Notes: generated from the sequence alone by a model not told the origin. Numbered from the stretch's first letter, positions 44,942-54,640 are shown. The stretch is 64,000 bases of DNA from Candidatus Babeliales bacterium (GCA_016929235.1 JAFGJD010000005.1:27810-91809), one strand, 5' to 3'. Translations and numbers: made by a program.

Positions 44942-44973
44942 AACGGCCCGGGATATTTTCCCGGGCCGTTTTG
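44942..44973. terminator. bidirectional rho-independent terminator (acpP / convergent OMP gene)
   Basis: AAACGGCCCGGGA-tattt-TCCCGGGCCGTTT. A 13-bp stem whose A/T ends double as the flanking A-tract and T-tract. Confidence 0.85.
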
Positions 44974-45022
44974 AGTACTAGCTGATTTGGCTTAGCCCTA
45001 CATGACTAAACAAGAATATTGA

Positions 45023-46780
45023 TTAGTTATAGGCATAGCCACATTTGCCCCAGACACCCCAGCTACGGACTGCCTTGTTCTTAGCTCCAAGCTCAGCTTC
45101 TGCGCCAAGATCGAAGAAGATAGGGCCATGATTGTCGAAGAACTTAGCTTCGCCGACATCCCATGTGTAACCAATGTTACCAAATACCTTATGAGCAACC
45201 ATGCGAGGACGCATTCCGCTGTTCACATCAACAACATCGCTGAGGGTATCAGTGGTTGCAATGACGTTGGTCAATGCAGCTGCTGTACCGTTACCGGCTG
45301 TGTTGTCAGTGTGCTTGATGCTGCCCATACCATATGTCGTTGAGTAGTCAATGTAGTTATCGCTTACATACTGAACACCCTTGACACCGAAGTAACGAAC
45401 GGTTGATGTTCCGCAGCATTCATCGCAGTCGCTGTAGGTGCATGGATCACAAAGATTTGCTGGACAATCGAAGCTTTCGCAATCGCGTGCCTTGATTTCG
45501 TAACCGAGATCAAAGTTCCAGTTCTTGTGTTTGAGGTTGAAGTAGAAGAGACCGTCTACTAACCAATCAAATCCTGATTTGACACATACGGTGAAAATAT
45601 CAGCAAAGTTACGGAGGCGACCATTGTAGGTCAATGTTCCAGCTACGTCTTCAAATTCCTTCATCAAGAGGTAACGTGACCACTTGGTGTCGGTTGGACG
45701 ATAGGTGCCGGTCTTCATATCGAAGAGACGGCATTCTTCGCCCTTGAACACGTGGGTTACGTTTGCATCACCGAAGAAGTACATTGAGGTGGTTTGTTCA
45801 TCATTTTCAAACAGACGAACTTGACCTTGAAGACCACCACCTAATTGCCAACGACGGTAACCAATGCGAGGATCAAAGATTGAGCGGTTTACTTCCATTG
45901 TTCCGGTTGGGAACACGGTGCGTGCGTACAATCCAAGATTTCCGCGATCACCATCTACCAAGGTATATCCAAGATGGAGAGGAATATCTGCTATGCCAAC
46001 CTTATCTTGTGGGCAGTTGCAGATAATACGTCCTGCTTGGAGAGGAATATCCTTATCACCAAAGGTATATTTACCGCTGAATGCTTTGCAAATCGAATCG
46101 ATGGTTCTTGGTCCAGCATAGTTACCACGGTTGACGTAGAGACCTGTAGTGGTTGTAAGACGGTTTTCCATTACGTTTGGAGCGAAAGCTGAGCCACCAC
46201 GCTGGGTTGTGGTTTCGCAGGTTTCCATGGTCCAGATGGTGTAAGCTATAGGTAGCTTTGACCACATGTAAAGACCTTCTGCCCAACGATCCATGCCGAG
46301 ATAGAAGCTTGGCTCAAAGATGAAGTTTTCAATCTTTGGTTTAAGCTCTAATGTTCCGCGGAATGTTGGAGACATACCGAGATCTTCAGCACGGATGTCA
46401 ATAGTACCATCTAAGTTTTCACCAACAACGAATTGGTTTCCATTGGTGCATTCGCATGCAGGTGAGAAGTAACGACCTAGACGTTCTGGATTAAAGCTGT
46501 GTTGATATTCAAATGCTGCTGCTTTTACCCAGTTCCAATCTTCGAGACCATCTATGTTCATAAGATGGCCTTGACCCATGTAATCACGAGCTCTATTCAT
46601 ACCTTGTGAGAAAGGAAGAATATCAGGACGTGCACATACATAGTTGTCTTTGCCACAACCATAGTGTGTATAGGTATCGCTGCAGTCGGAATCGCAAGCG
46701 TCGTCACAATCAGCCAAAGCGCGTCCCGCCATACCTGCTATTAAAGCAAGGCAGAAAACGCTTCTTAACGTTAATTTCAT
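45023..46780 (-). CDS. cysteine-rich outer-membrane protein, paralogue A
   Basis: 585 aa. Signal MKLTLRSVFCLALIAGMAGRALA. Acidic Cys clusters DCDDACDSDCSD...GCGKDNYVC and DCESFDCPANLCDPCTYSDCDECC. Beta-strand-like alternation. Strong RBS AAGGAG. Confidence 0.7.
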   Translation of the reverse strand: MKLTLRSVFCLALIAGMAGRALADCDDACDSDCSDTYTHYGCGKDNYVCARPDILPFSQGMNRARDYMGQGHLMNIDGLEDWNWVKAAAFEYQHSFNPERLGRYFSPACECTNGNQFVVGENLDGTIDIRAEDLGMSPTFRGTLELKPKIENFIFEPSFYLGMDRWAEGLYMWSKLPIAYTIWTMETCETTTQRGGSAFAPNVMENRLTTTTGLYVNRGNYAGPRTIDSICKAFSGKYTFGDKDIPLQAGRIICNCPQDKVGIADIPLHLGYTLVDGDRGNLGLYARTVFPTGTMEVNRSIFDPRIGYRRWQLGGGLQGQVRLFENDEQTTSMYFFGDANVTHVFKGEECRLFDMKTGTYRPTDTKWSRYLLMKEFEDVAGTLTYNGRLRNFADIFTVCVKSGFDWLVDGLFYFNLKHKNWNFDLGYEIKARDCESFDCPANLCDPCTYSDCDECCGTSTVRYFGVKGVQYVSDNYIDYSTTYGMGSIKHTDNTAGNGTAAALTNVIATTDTLSDVVDVNSGMRPRMVAHKVFGNIGYTWDVGEAKFFDNHGPIFFDLGAEAELGAKNKAVRSWGVWGKCGYAYN

Positions 46781-47114
46781 ATGATACTCCTTTTCAGATC
46801 CATATATGGATTGAAAACTCTATATAAAATAAATCATGAGATGCGTATAAGAATGAATTAAAAACTCCTTTTTTCTCGCGGGACACCCTCCTTTCGTACT
46901 GAAATAATGAGCGTTCTTTATTTCACTTCACTAAGCCTTTTTTCTTAATTGCGACAACCAGGTGCAGGTATCTAATGAAAGTATTAGCAAATAGCTTGAG
47001 CAATTGCAACTTATTGATCAATAAGTTTTTCTTAGGAACTATGTAGAGAGGAAAAAGAGCTTATTTAAAGATAAAATCGCTCGTTTCCTTCACATTTTTA
47101 TGAAACAAAACTAT

Positions 47115-47146
47115 GCAGGAGACCCGGTCCAAGCCGAGTCTCCTGA
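47115..47146 (-). terminator. candidate terminator of OMP paralogue B
   Basis: CAGGAGAC-(14 nt)-GTCTCCTG hairpin about 40 nt after the stop. On the minus strand it is followed by the T-rich ATAGTTTTGTTTC. Confidence 0.5.
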
Positions 47147-47181
47147 CATTTTTGTGCTTCATGCTGTGTGATGTGTGGAGC

Positions 47182-48843
47182 TTAGTTGTAACTTACGCCG
47201 AGTTTGCCCCAGACACCCCATTGGCGTAACGCCTTGTTCTTATCACCAAATTCTACTTCAACGCCAAGGTTGCTATATATAGGATAGTCGCGGTCTTCCC
47301 ACGTATAACCAAACGTTCCGTAGATTTTGTGTGAAAGCATACGCGGTCTGCGTCCGCTCTCTACATCAACGATACTGGTGAGTGTATCTGCTGTGCCAAA
47401 TGTATTTGTAGCAGTTGCGGCAGCAGCGGCATGGTTGCCAGTGCTTGCATCAGAGATGGTTGCTGTTGGTTGAATGTTGGTGTTGCTTACAAGTTGTGTT
47501 CCCTTGACGCCGTACCTGAGGGTTGATGTAGAAGTGCATGAACAATCTTCACAATCGTCACCATAGGCTGGGTCACAAATCTTGAGACATTCACAGTCGA
47601 AGTCTTCGCATGCGCGGGCCTTTAATTCATAGCCGAGATTTCCAATCCAACCTTCGTGTTTTAACTCGAGGAAGAAGAGGAAATCAACCATCCAGTTAAA
47701 GCCAGATTTGATGCAGACATTGAAGATGTCAGCAAAGTTGCGGAGACGTCCCGTGTACGCGAGATTTGCATCAAATTCTTTTAGGAGAAGATAGCGAGAC
47801 CAGGTTCCATTATTTAATTTATCAAATAGACGGCATTCATCGTTTTTGAAGATGTGTGTTACATACAAGTCAGTGAATGCATTCAAAGAAGTTTCATCAT
47901 CTTTATTGTATAATTCAAGACGACCTTGTACTCCACCACCGAGCTGCCAACGACGGTATCCAACGCGAGGGTCAAAGATCGATTGGCGCACTTCTTTCGT
48001 TCCCGTTGGGAATACAGTCCTGAGGTAGAGACCGAGATATCCTTTGTCACGGGTTAGAAAGTTCCAGCCAAGATGTACCGGAATATCAGCAACGCCGGTC
48101 TTGGAATCACCACAAGATGGAATGCGACCTGCTTGCAGTGCAAGATCCTTATCGCCCCATGTTACGGTTCCTGCAAATGCTTGCTTGATGCTCTTTGCTT
48201 GAACGCGGACAGGATCATTTCCAACATCCATAAGATTTTCTAAGAAGTTGGTCCCACCAGCTTGTGATGAGGTTTCACAAATCTCAAGATCCCAATTGGT
48301 ATAGTTAACTGGTATTTTAAACCAGAGATACATACCTTCAACCCAGCGATCCAATCCAAGATAGAAACTGGGTTCAAATACAAAGTTTTTGATTTCAGGG
48401 CGTAGACAGAGTGTTGCTCGGAAGGTTGGAGAAAGTCCGAGATCTTCGCCACGTACGTGTACGCCGCTCGTATTGTCTGGGCCTACGGTAAAACAGTTAT
48501 TACAGCAACTTGGTGACAGATGTTTACCAAGGCGTTCTTTGTCGAAATTTTGATTGTACGCAAATGCTGCAGATAGAGCCCAGTTCCAATCATCGCGGTC
48601 GATGAGATTTTGTAAATGAGCTTGTCCTGCATAATCACGAGCGCGATTTTCGCCTTGTGAGAATGGAAGGAAGTCTGGACGAGCACATGCATCGACACCC
48701 TCAGCGCATCCACGAGCCCCGTTACATGTTGTCGTCGAGCTGCATGAAGTGCAATTGACGGCACAGCAGCCATCATTATCACAGTCTGCATACGCTGCAT
48801 TAACACATGCAACGAACAAGCCCAAGCATAACAATCGCTTCAT
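47182..48843 (-). CDS. cysteine-rich outer-membrane protein, paralogue B
   Basis: 553 aa. Signal MKRLLCLGLFVACVNAAYA. Shares long blocks with paralogue A (ARPDFLPFSQGENRARDY, FDPRVGYRRWQLGGG, WSRYLLLKEF, GRLRNFADIFNVCIKSGF) and the same two Cys clusters. Confidence 0.7.
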   Translation of the reverse strand: MKRLLCLGLFVACVNAAYADCDNDGCCAVNCTSCSSTTTCNGARGCAEGVDACARPDFLPFSQGENRARDYAGQAHLQNLIDRDDWNWALSAAFAYNQNFDKERLGKHLSPSCCNNCFTVGPDNTSGVHVRGEDLGLSPTFRATLCLRPEIKNFVFEPSFYLGLDRWVEGMYLWFKIPVNYTNWDLEICETSSQAGGTNFLENLMDVGNDPVRVQAKSIKQAFAGTVTWGDKDLALQAGRIPSCGDSKTGVADIPVHLGWNFLTRDKGYLGLYLRTVFPTGTKEVRQSIFDPRVGYRRWQLGGGVQGRLELYNKDDETSLNAFTDLYVTHIFKNDECRLFDKLNNGTWSRYLLLKEFDANLAYTGRLRNFADIFNVCIKSGFNWMVDFLFFLELKHEGWIGNLGYELKARACEDFDCECLKICDPAYGDDCEDCSCTSTSTLRYGVKGTQLVSNTNIQPTATISDASTGNHAAAAATATNTFGTADTLTSIVDVESGRRPRMLSHKIYGTFGYTWEDRDYPIYSNLGVEVEFGDKNKALRQWGVWGKLGVSYN

Positions 48844-49080
48844 TATGATACTCCTTATATATAGAACGGTTATTTTTTTAATATCCCTATATTCGAATTC
48901 CTCCTTTCGAATATTTTTTCTTTCTTTAAAATCATCTCAATTACTTGATCAATGTAGAAGATAAGCATGCTCCCTTGCAACAAATCGTATTTCCAGTGAT
49001 TTTATCGAGGCTTGAATTCGTTATTTTTTCGGAGCACACTCAAAAGTCGGTTTAACGATTTGTGCCAAGGTGAGGAAACT

Positions 49081-49860
49081 ATGCTCTTTATTGCTTTGTG
49101 GATTGCGATTCAGATTATTACAGAAAGTTTTCCGATTAGTAGTTCGACTCACGTTGTTTTACTTGAAAAATTAACTACCATGCTGGGATATGGAGATTGG
49201 ATCAATCGTATCCCAGACCACTTTGATGATGTTCTTCATTTTCCAACGCTTTGTGTGCTTGCATATGTTTTTTGGCCACGCTGGACTGCGATGGTGCGCA
49301 TGTTGTGGTACCATTGGCAACGAGTCGTATTATCATTGCTCAAGACAGGATCTGGTGTTTTTGTAACCATCGTGCTGTATGGATTATTTATCGTTATTGG
49401 TAAAGAGTGGTTTCCTTTGCAGCTTGGATTGAGTATGACTCTTGGCCTACTGTTATCGCTTCGTTGGGTGCCTCGTAATGCCGAGCAGCCGTATACCATG
49501 ATCATGGCTTTTATATTGGGGTTGGTGCAAGGCATAGCGCTGTTACCAGGTTTATCTCGATTGGGAACAACATATGTCGTAGCTCGGTGGTTACGATTAT
49601 CGGTACGTGATGCGCTTGAGATTTCATTTGTGTTTCAAGTGCCCCTCATTATTCCTGCGGTGGCACGAGGCCTTGTAAGTGTGTACAAGAGTCCCTTTGC
49701 CGGCGAAGTATTGAACGGCAAAACGCTGTTGGTTATGCTGGTCGCAGGTGTCGTAGCCTATAAAGCATTACTCTGGACCATGGAGCTGGCACGATCAGGT
49801 CAATTATGGAAATGGAGTTTCTATATGATTCTTCCTTTGGTTATGAGCATGCTGATCTAA
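49081..49860 (+). CDS. uppP: undecaprenyl-diphosphate phosphatase
   Basis: BacA motifs ESFPISSSTH and LLPGLSRLGTT. Multi-TM. Start at ATG 49081 (GAGGAA upstream). The ORF track starts at 49012. Confidence 0.85.
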   Translation: MLFIALWIAIQIITESFPISSSTHVVLLEKLTTMLGYGDWINRIPDHFDDVLHFPTLCVLAYVFWPRWTAMVRMLWYHWQRVVLSLLKTGSGVFVTIVLYGLFIVIGKEWFPLQLGLSMTLGLLLSLRWVPRNAEQPYTMIMAFILGLVQGIALLPGLSRLGTTYVVARWLRLSVRDALEISFVFQVPLIIPAVARGLVSVYKSPFAGEVLNGKTLLVMLVAGVVAYKALLWTMELARSGQLWKWSFYMILPLVMSMLI

Positions 49861-49894
49861 CATTCTAAAACCGCTGAATATGTAAGGAATAGTA

Positions 49895-52180
49895 ATGAGA
49901 CGTAGATCGAGAAGAAAATCATGGACAATACCATTTGCTCATGAATTGATTGCACTTGCGCTCAGTGCCGTTGGGGTATTTTTATCGTTATGTTTTGTTA
50001 GCTTTGATCCGTATGACGCATCATGGTTTTATTATAGGAGCTCAGATCTCGGTATAAATAATTGGTGTGGAGTTGTAGGTGCACACACTACAGGATTATT
50101 TCTCTACATGTTTGGCGGAGCATCACTAGTATTTGTAGGCTTCTGTTTTTATGCTGCCTATCATATTGTAGTGTATGGCCGTAATCATTTTACACTACGG
50201 TCATTGATTGCAGAAGAAGCGGATCGTCTTGTGGCACTTACTTTATTGATACCGATTCTTTCTGCACTGAGCGCGCTTCATCGTATTGATCTTTTTCATG
50301 ATATTGATCCTGGAGGACGACTAGGATATGTGATTACCATGATGATGCGGCCGTTCATTGATCGGATTGGAAGCTTCTTGGTTTTGTATACGTTGTTAAC
50401 GATGAGTGCAATTCTTTTATTTCGCGTGTCGTTTGTTAGGGCTATTCAATTTATTTTCCGTGGGGTCAAAGCCATTCTGAATGTGAAATGGTGGGGGCCA
50501 CCTGTTTCTGCAGTTGTCTATAAGGGGGTTGTTTTATCGGGGCGTCCTTTCGTATTGACCTATCACGGCCTCAGGCATTTGTGGGCTGCACAAGATGCAC
50601 AAGACGACATTTCAGTAGTCGAGTTTCAGGCTGATGAAGAAGTTGACGAGGTCGTTAAGCAAGTGCATAAGGATGCATTTTGGAATCGTTATCAAGAACA
50701 ATCAGATGTTGTTGCGGCGCAGGCAGTAGCTCGTCAACATATTCCCGAAGAGACTGATCATGAATCAGTATCGAAACCTCAGTTGCAACCTCGTAAGCCA
50801 TATCGTGTTCCCGATGCTTCTCTGTTTGAGAAAAAGAATAATCAGGATTCTTCTAAGCAGATTTCTCATGAATTAAAACAACGTGCATCAGTGTTAGAGG
50901 AGAAGCTTGAGCAGTTTGGTATCAGTGGCAAGGTCGTTACAATCAAACCCGGCCCGGTGGTAACGCTGTTTGAATATGAGCCTGCCATTCATATTAAATT
51001 AAGCAAGATTCTTGCGCTTGAAGATGATCTTGCCTTAGCGTTACGCGCTACCAGTATTCGGATCTTAGCTCCAATCCCTGGGACTGCTGTAGTTGGGTTT
51101 GAAGTTGCGAATCAAAAACGTAAGCCAGTGTATTTAGCATCCATTGTAAGATCACATGCATTCAGCTCATATGATGGAGAGCTTCCGCTTGTTCTTGGTG
51201 CTGATACAGTAGGACAGCATGTGATTGTAGATCTTGCAAAGATGCCACACTTGCTTGTGGCTGGCTCGACAGGATCCGGTAAATCAGTTGCTCTTAACAC
51301 CATGCTTATCAGTTTGCTTTCTAGTAAAACTCCTGATGAATTGAAGTTAATTCTCATTGATCCCAAACGTTTAGAGTTTTCATCATATGCAGACATTGCG
51401 CATCTCTTATTCCCGATTGTAACCGATACGCGTAAGGCTATTCCGATTTTGAAGTGGGTTGTTCAGCATATGGAAGAACGATATGAGAAGATGGCATCAT
51501 TAAATGTGCGGAATATATCAGATTACAATGCAGCAGTGGAACAAGAAGATGCCTTTCCGTTTTTAGTTGTTGTAATTGATGAGTTAGCCGATCTTATGAT
51601 GACGGCGGGACGTGATGTTGAAGACCACATTGCGCGTATTGCACAAATGGCACGAGCTGCTGGTATTCATTTATTAGTTGCAACCCAACGACCATCGGTT
51701 GATGTGATTACAGGTCTGATTAAAGTTAACTTCCCAAGTCGTGTTTCATTCCGAGTCACATCGAAAGTTGACTCACGTACTATCTTGGATGCTACTGGTG
51801 CGGATAAACTATTGGGACGAGGTGATATGTTATTTCTTGATGCGCATGCATCCCATCTCCAACGGGTGCATGGTGCGTACATTTCTGATCGTGATATTCG
51901 ATCGATTGTGCAGCATATACGTGCAGAGCGTGCGCCTAATTATCTTTCAATTGAAGAAGTCTTGGCTTCTCACGATGTATCACTTGCTGGTTCTGATGAT
52001 GCGTTATATCGAGATATTTTGACCTACTTAGATACGGTTGATGAAGTATCTATCTCTTTGTTACAGCGTCAATTCAGAATTGGATATAATCGTTCGGCAC
52101 GTATCATAGATGCATTGGAAGCACAGGGAAAGATTATGCCTGCTGATGGCGGTAAAACGCGTAAGGTTATTCGCTCATAG
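49895..52180 (+). CDS. ftsK: DNA translocase FtsK
   Basis: 761 aa. N-terminal TM domain, Walker A GSTGSGKS, Walker B VVVIDELADLMM, gamma domain LLQRQFRIGYNRSARIIDALE. Confidence 0.93.
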   Translation: MRRRSRRKSWTIPFAHELIALALSAVGVFLSLCFVSFDPYDASWFYYRSSDLGINNWCGVVGAHTTGLFLYMFGGASLVFVGFCFYAAYHIVVYGRNHFTLRSLIAEEADRLVALTLLIPILSALSALHRIDLFHDIDPGGRLGYVITMMMRPFIDRIGSFLVLYTLLTMSAILLFRVSFVRAIQFIFRGVKAILNVKWWGPPVSAVVYKGVVLSGRPFVLTYHGLRHLWAAQDAQDDISVVEFQADEEVDEVVKQVHKDAFWNRYQEQSDVVAAQAVARQHIPEETDHESVSKPQLQPRKPYRVPDASLFEKKNNQDSSKQISHELKQRASVLEEKLEQFGISGKVVTIKPGPVVTLFEYEPAIHIKLSKILALEDDLALALRATSIRILAPIPGTAVVGFEVANQKRKPVYLASIVRSHAFSSYDGELPLVLGADTVGQHVIVDLAKMPHLLVAGSTGSGKSVALNTMLISLLSSKTPDELKLILIDPKRLEFSSYADIAHLLFPIVTDTRKAIPILKWVVQHMEERYEKMASLNVRNISDYNAAVEQEDAFPFLVVVIDELADLMMTAGRDVEDHIARIAQMARAAGIHLLVATQRPSVDVITGLIKVNFPSRVSFRVTSKVDSRTILDATGADKLLGRGDMLFLDAHASHLQRVHGAYISDRDIRSIVQHIRAERAPNYLSIEEVLASHDVSLAGSDDALYRDILTYLDTVDEVSISLLQRQFRIGYNRSARIIDALEAQGKIMPADGGKTRKVIRS

Positions 52181-52279
52181 TGATTTGTTGACAAAGAGAT
52201 TAAAAGTCGCCATGTTTCCGAGGAAATTGTTTGTTGAGGAGCTTCTTCTCTTTTCATAAAAAATACGGAGTTATTGGTT

Positions 52280-53704
52280 ATGCATATAGATGCATCGTTT
52301 TTCACTACTGCCGTTTCGGGATCAAAGATTCGGCAGGGTGATTTTCCTTCTCTATTTTCCTGTTCTATTGATTCACGAATACCGCAGAAGGGTGATATTT
52401 TTTTTGCATTACGTGGTGAGCGTTCTGATGGACATGAGTTTCTGCATGAAGCGCTTGCTAATGGGGCAACTGGGGTTGTAATTTCTCAAAAACGGGAAGA
52501 CTTATTGAATCAGCTTCCTGATTCGATTTTAGTGATCACAGTGCCAGATCCTCTTTCTGCCTTAATTGCATTAGCACGTGCATGGCGCAAGAGGTTTACC
52601 TTTCCGATTGTTGCATTAACTGGCTCGGTTGGTAAGACATCAACGAAAAATTTAATTGCACATATCCTCGAGCAAAATCAATCCAATTACTTGGTTGCGC
52701 ATGGTAATCAAAATACGCAGATTGGTGTTGCTATGAATATCGTTCGTATGACTGATCAGCACGATGGTGCTGTGTTTGAGATTGGCATCAATCAACGAGG
52801 TGAAATGGGCCGCATTGTCGACATGTTGCGCCCTACAACAGCTTTGATAACCGCAATTGGGCACAGCCATATGGAAGGGTTAGGTTCGTTGGTTGATATT
52901 GCAGTAGAAAAACGAGATATCTTTAAATTCCTCAAAGAGGATAGTGTGGGATTTGTGTTTGGCGATCAGGACATTTTATCTGCTGTGTCATATCCTCATC
53001 CAGTGATTAAGTTTGGACGGAAAACAACCAATCAGATTCAAGCACGCAAAGTGGTGATTACGGATGCAGAAATACGCTGTACTCTTAAGATTTATAACAA
53101 CAAGTATGGTGTAGTATTACCGTATATTCATGGTGGTATGTTAAATAATATTTTGGCTGCTGTATCGGTGACACAGTATCTTGGTGTTCCAAAGGATACT
53201 ATTATTACTGCCATTCAAAAACCAGTCGTAGTACCACGACGGTTTCAAGTCAAACCAATTGGCGATAGTATCATGATCGATGACTGCTATAATGCAAACC
53301 CGGAGAGCATGAAGGCTGCGTTGCTTGCACTTCAACAATTAGAAACAGATGCATACAAGGTTGCTGTTCTGGGAGACATGTTGGAGCTTGGTAGCGATGC
53401 GATCTTTTGGCATCGTCAGGTCGGACGTTTTTTGCGTAAGGTTCCAAGTCTGAAACATCTCGTGCTAGTTGGGACGCAGGTTGAGCATACACAGGCGACA
53501 GCTCCGCGAACGGTAAAAGTTCATCGAGTGGCGACATGGGAAGAGGCTGTTGTGTATGTTGAGTCGATTCTTTCTCGTCGCTCTGTTATTCTGGTGAAAG
53601 GATCACGAGGAGTCGGTTTAGATAAACTTGTTGATCGCTGTGTTGTCCAACCAGAATCATCGTCAGTCCAGAAGGCCCTGCATGACCGAGAAGTATCAGC
53701 ATAA
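52280..53704 (+). CDS. murF: UDP-N-acetylmuramoyl-tripeptide--D-alanyl-D-alanine ligase
   Basis: IDSRIPQKGDIFFALRGERSDGHEF and P-loop ALTGSVGKTSTK. ATG 52280 has GGAG 9 nt upstream. Confidence 0.9.
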   Translation: MHIDASFFTTAVSGSKIRQGDFPSLFSCSIDSRIPQKGDIFFALRGERSDGHEFLHEALANGATGVVISQKREDLLNQLPDSILVITVPDPLSALIALARAWRKRFTFPIVALTGSVGKTSTKNLIAHILEQNQSNYLVAHGNQNTQIGVAMNIVRMTDQHDGAVFEIGINQRGEMGRIVDMLRPTTALITAIGHSHMEGLGSLVDIAVEKRDIFKFLKEDSVGFVFGDQDILSAVSYPHPVIKFGRKTTNQIQARKVVITDAEIRCTLKIYNNKYGVVLPYIHGGMLNNILAAVSVTQYLGVPKDTIITAIQKPVVVPRRFQVKPIGDSIMIDDCYNANPESMKAALLALQQLETDAYKVAVLGDMLELGSDAIFWHRQVGRFLRKVPSLKHLVLVGTQVEHTQATAPRTVKVHRVATWEEAVVYVESILSRRSVILVKGSRGVGLDKLVDRCVVQPESSSVQKALHDREVSA

Positions 53705-54575
53705 ATCGGTTCTTACTCATGAAGTTTTAACCTATATTGACCCCCAACCAGGGAAGGTATACTTAGATGTAACCTTTGGTGGTGGCGGTCATACCCGGGC
53801 TCTCCTGGAGCATGAGCCTGGATGTTCAGTCCTTGCAATGGATTGGGATATGGACGCGCTAGAACTCAAGGGTGAGCCTCTCCAAAAAGAATTTCCTGAC
53901 AGGTTAAGACTTTTATGGGGTAATTTTGCTCATCTTTACAAGGTATTAAAAAAGGCCGGAGTAACTCAGGTTGATGGAATACTTGCCGATCTTGGGACAT
54001 CTCAATATCAGATTGCTCATCGTCCAGGATTTTCAATTTTCAAAGAGACCGAGCTAGATATGCGCATGTCCCCAGCGCATCAAAAAACGACTGCAGCCGA
54101 CGTGATCAATCATGCATCTGAAGAGGAGCTGCGTCAGTTGTTTTGGCAGTTGGGAGAAGAGCGGTATAGCAAGCAGATTGTGGCTGCTCTTGCTAGGGCT
54201 CGTAAGGATCATCGTATTACGACGACTAAGGAATTAGCTGAACTTGTACAGGCCGCAGTTCCCTATCAGAAATATCATAAGATTCATCCGGCTACTCGGG
54301 TATTCCAGGCATTGCGAATGTATGTGAATCATGAGCTCGACAATATCCAGGCATTTCTTTCTGGTGCTGTACGGGCCCTAGTTCCCGGGGGAAGATTGGT
54401 CGTGATTAGCTTCCATTCTCTTGAAGATCGAATGGTGAAGCAGTTTTTCAAAAAAGAGCAAAACGAAGGTCGTGTGAGGATTCTTACGCCAAGGGCGGTC
54501 ATTGCTTCGGCTCAGGAATTAAAAGACAATATTTCAGCTCGATCGGCAAAACTGCGTGTGTGTGCTAAAAATTAA
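53682..54575 (+). CDS. rsmH: 16S rRNA (cytosine1402-N4)-methyltransferase
   Basis: HKSVLTHEVL, DVTFGGGGHT, DLGTSQYQ, FHSLEDRMVK. ATG 53682 overlaps the murF 3' end by 23 nt. Confidence 0.92.
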   Translation: MTEKYQHKSVLTHEVLTYIDPQPGKVYLDVTFGGGGHTRALLEHEPGCSVLAMDWDMDALELKGEPLQKEFPDRLRLLWGNFAHLYKVLKKAGVTQVDGILADLGTSQYQIAHRPGFSIFKETELDMRMSPAHQKTTAADVINHASEEELRQLFWQLGEERYSKQIVAALARARKDHRITTTKELAELVQAAVPYQKYHKIHPATRVFQALRMYVNHELDNIQAFLSGAVRALVPGGRLVVISFHSLEDRMVKQFFKKEQNEGRVRILTPRAVIASAQELKDNISARSAKLRVCAKN

Positions 54576-54611
54576 GGCGAAAAAGTGCCAGTGGAAGGCC
54601 AATTTCTTGGT

Positions 54612-54640
54612 TTGACAAAAGAAAGTTAACGAATTAGATT
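54612..54640 (+). promoter_or_regulatory. candidate sigma70-type promoter of spoVG
   Basis: TTGACA - 17 nt - TAGATT, about 120 nt upstream of the spoVG ATG. Confidence 0.45.
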
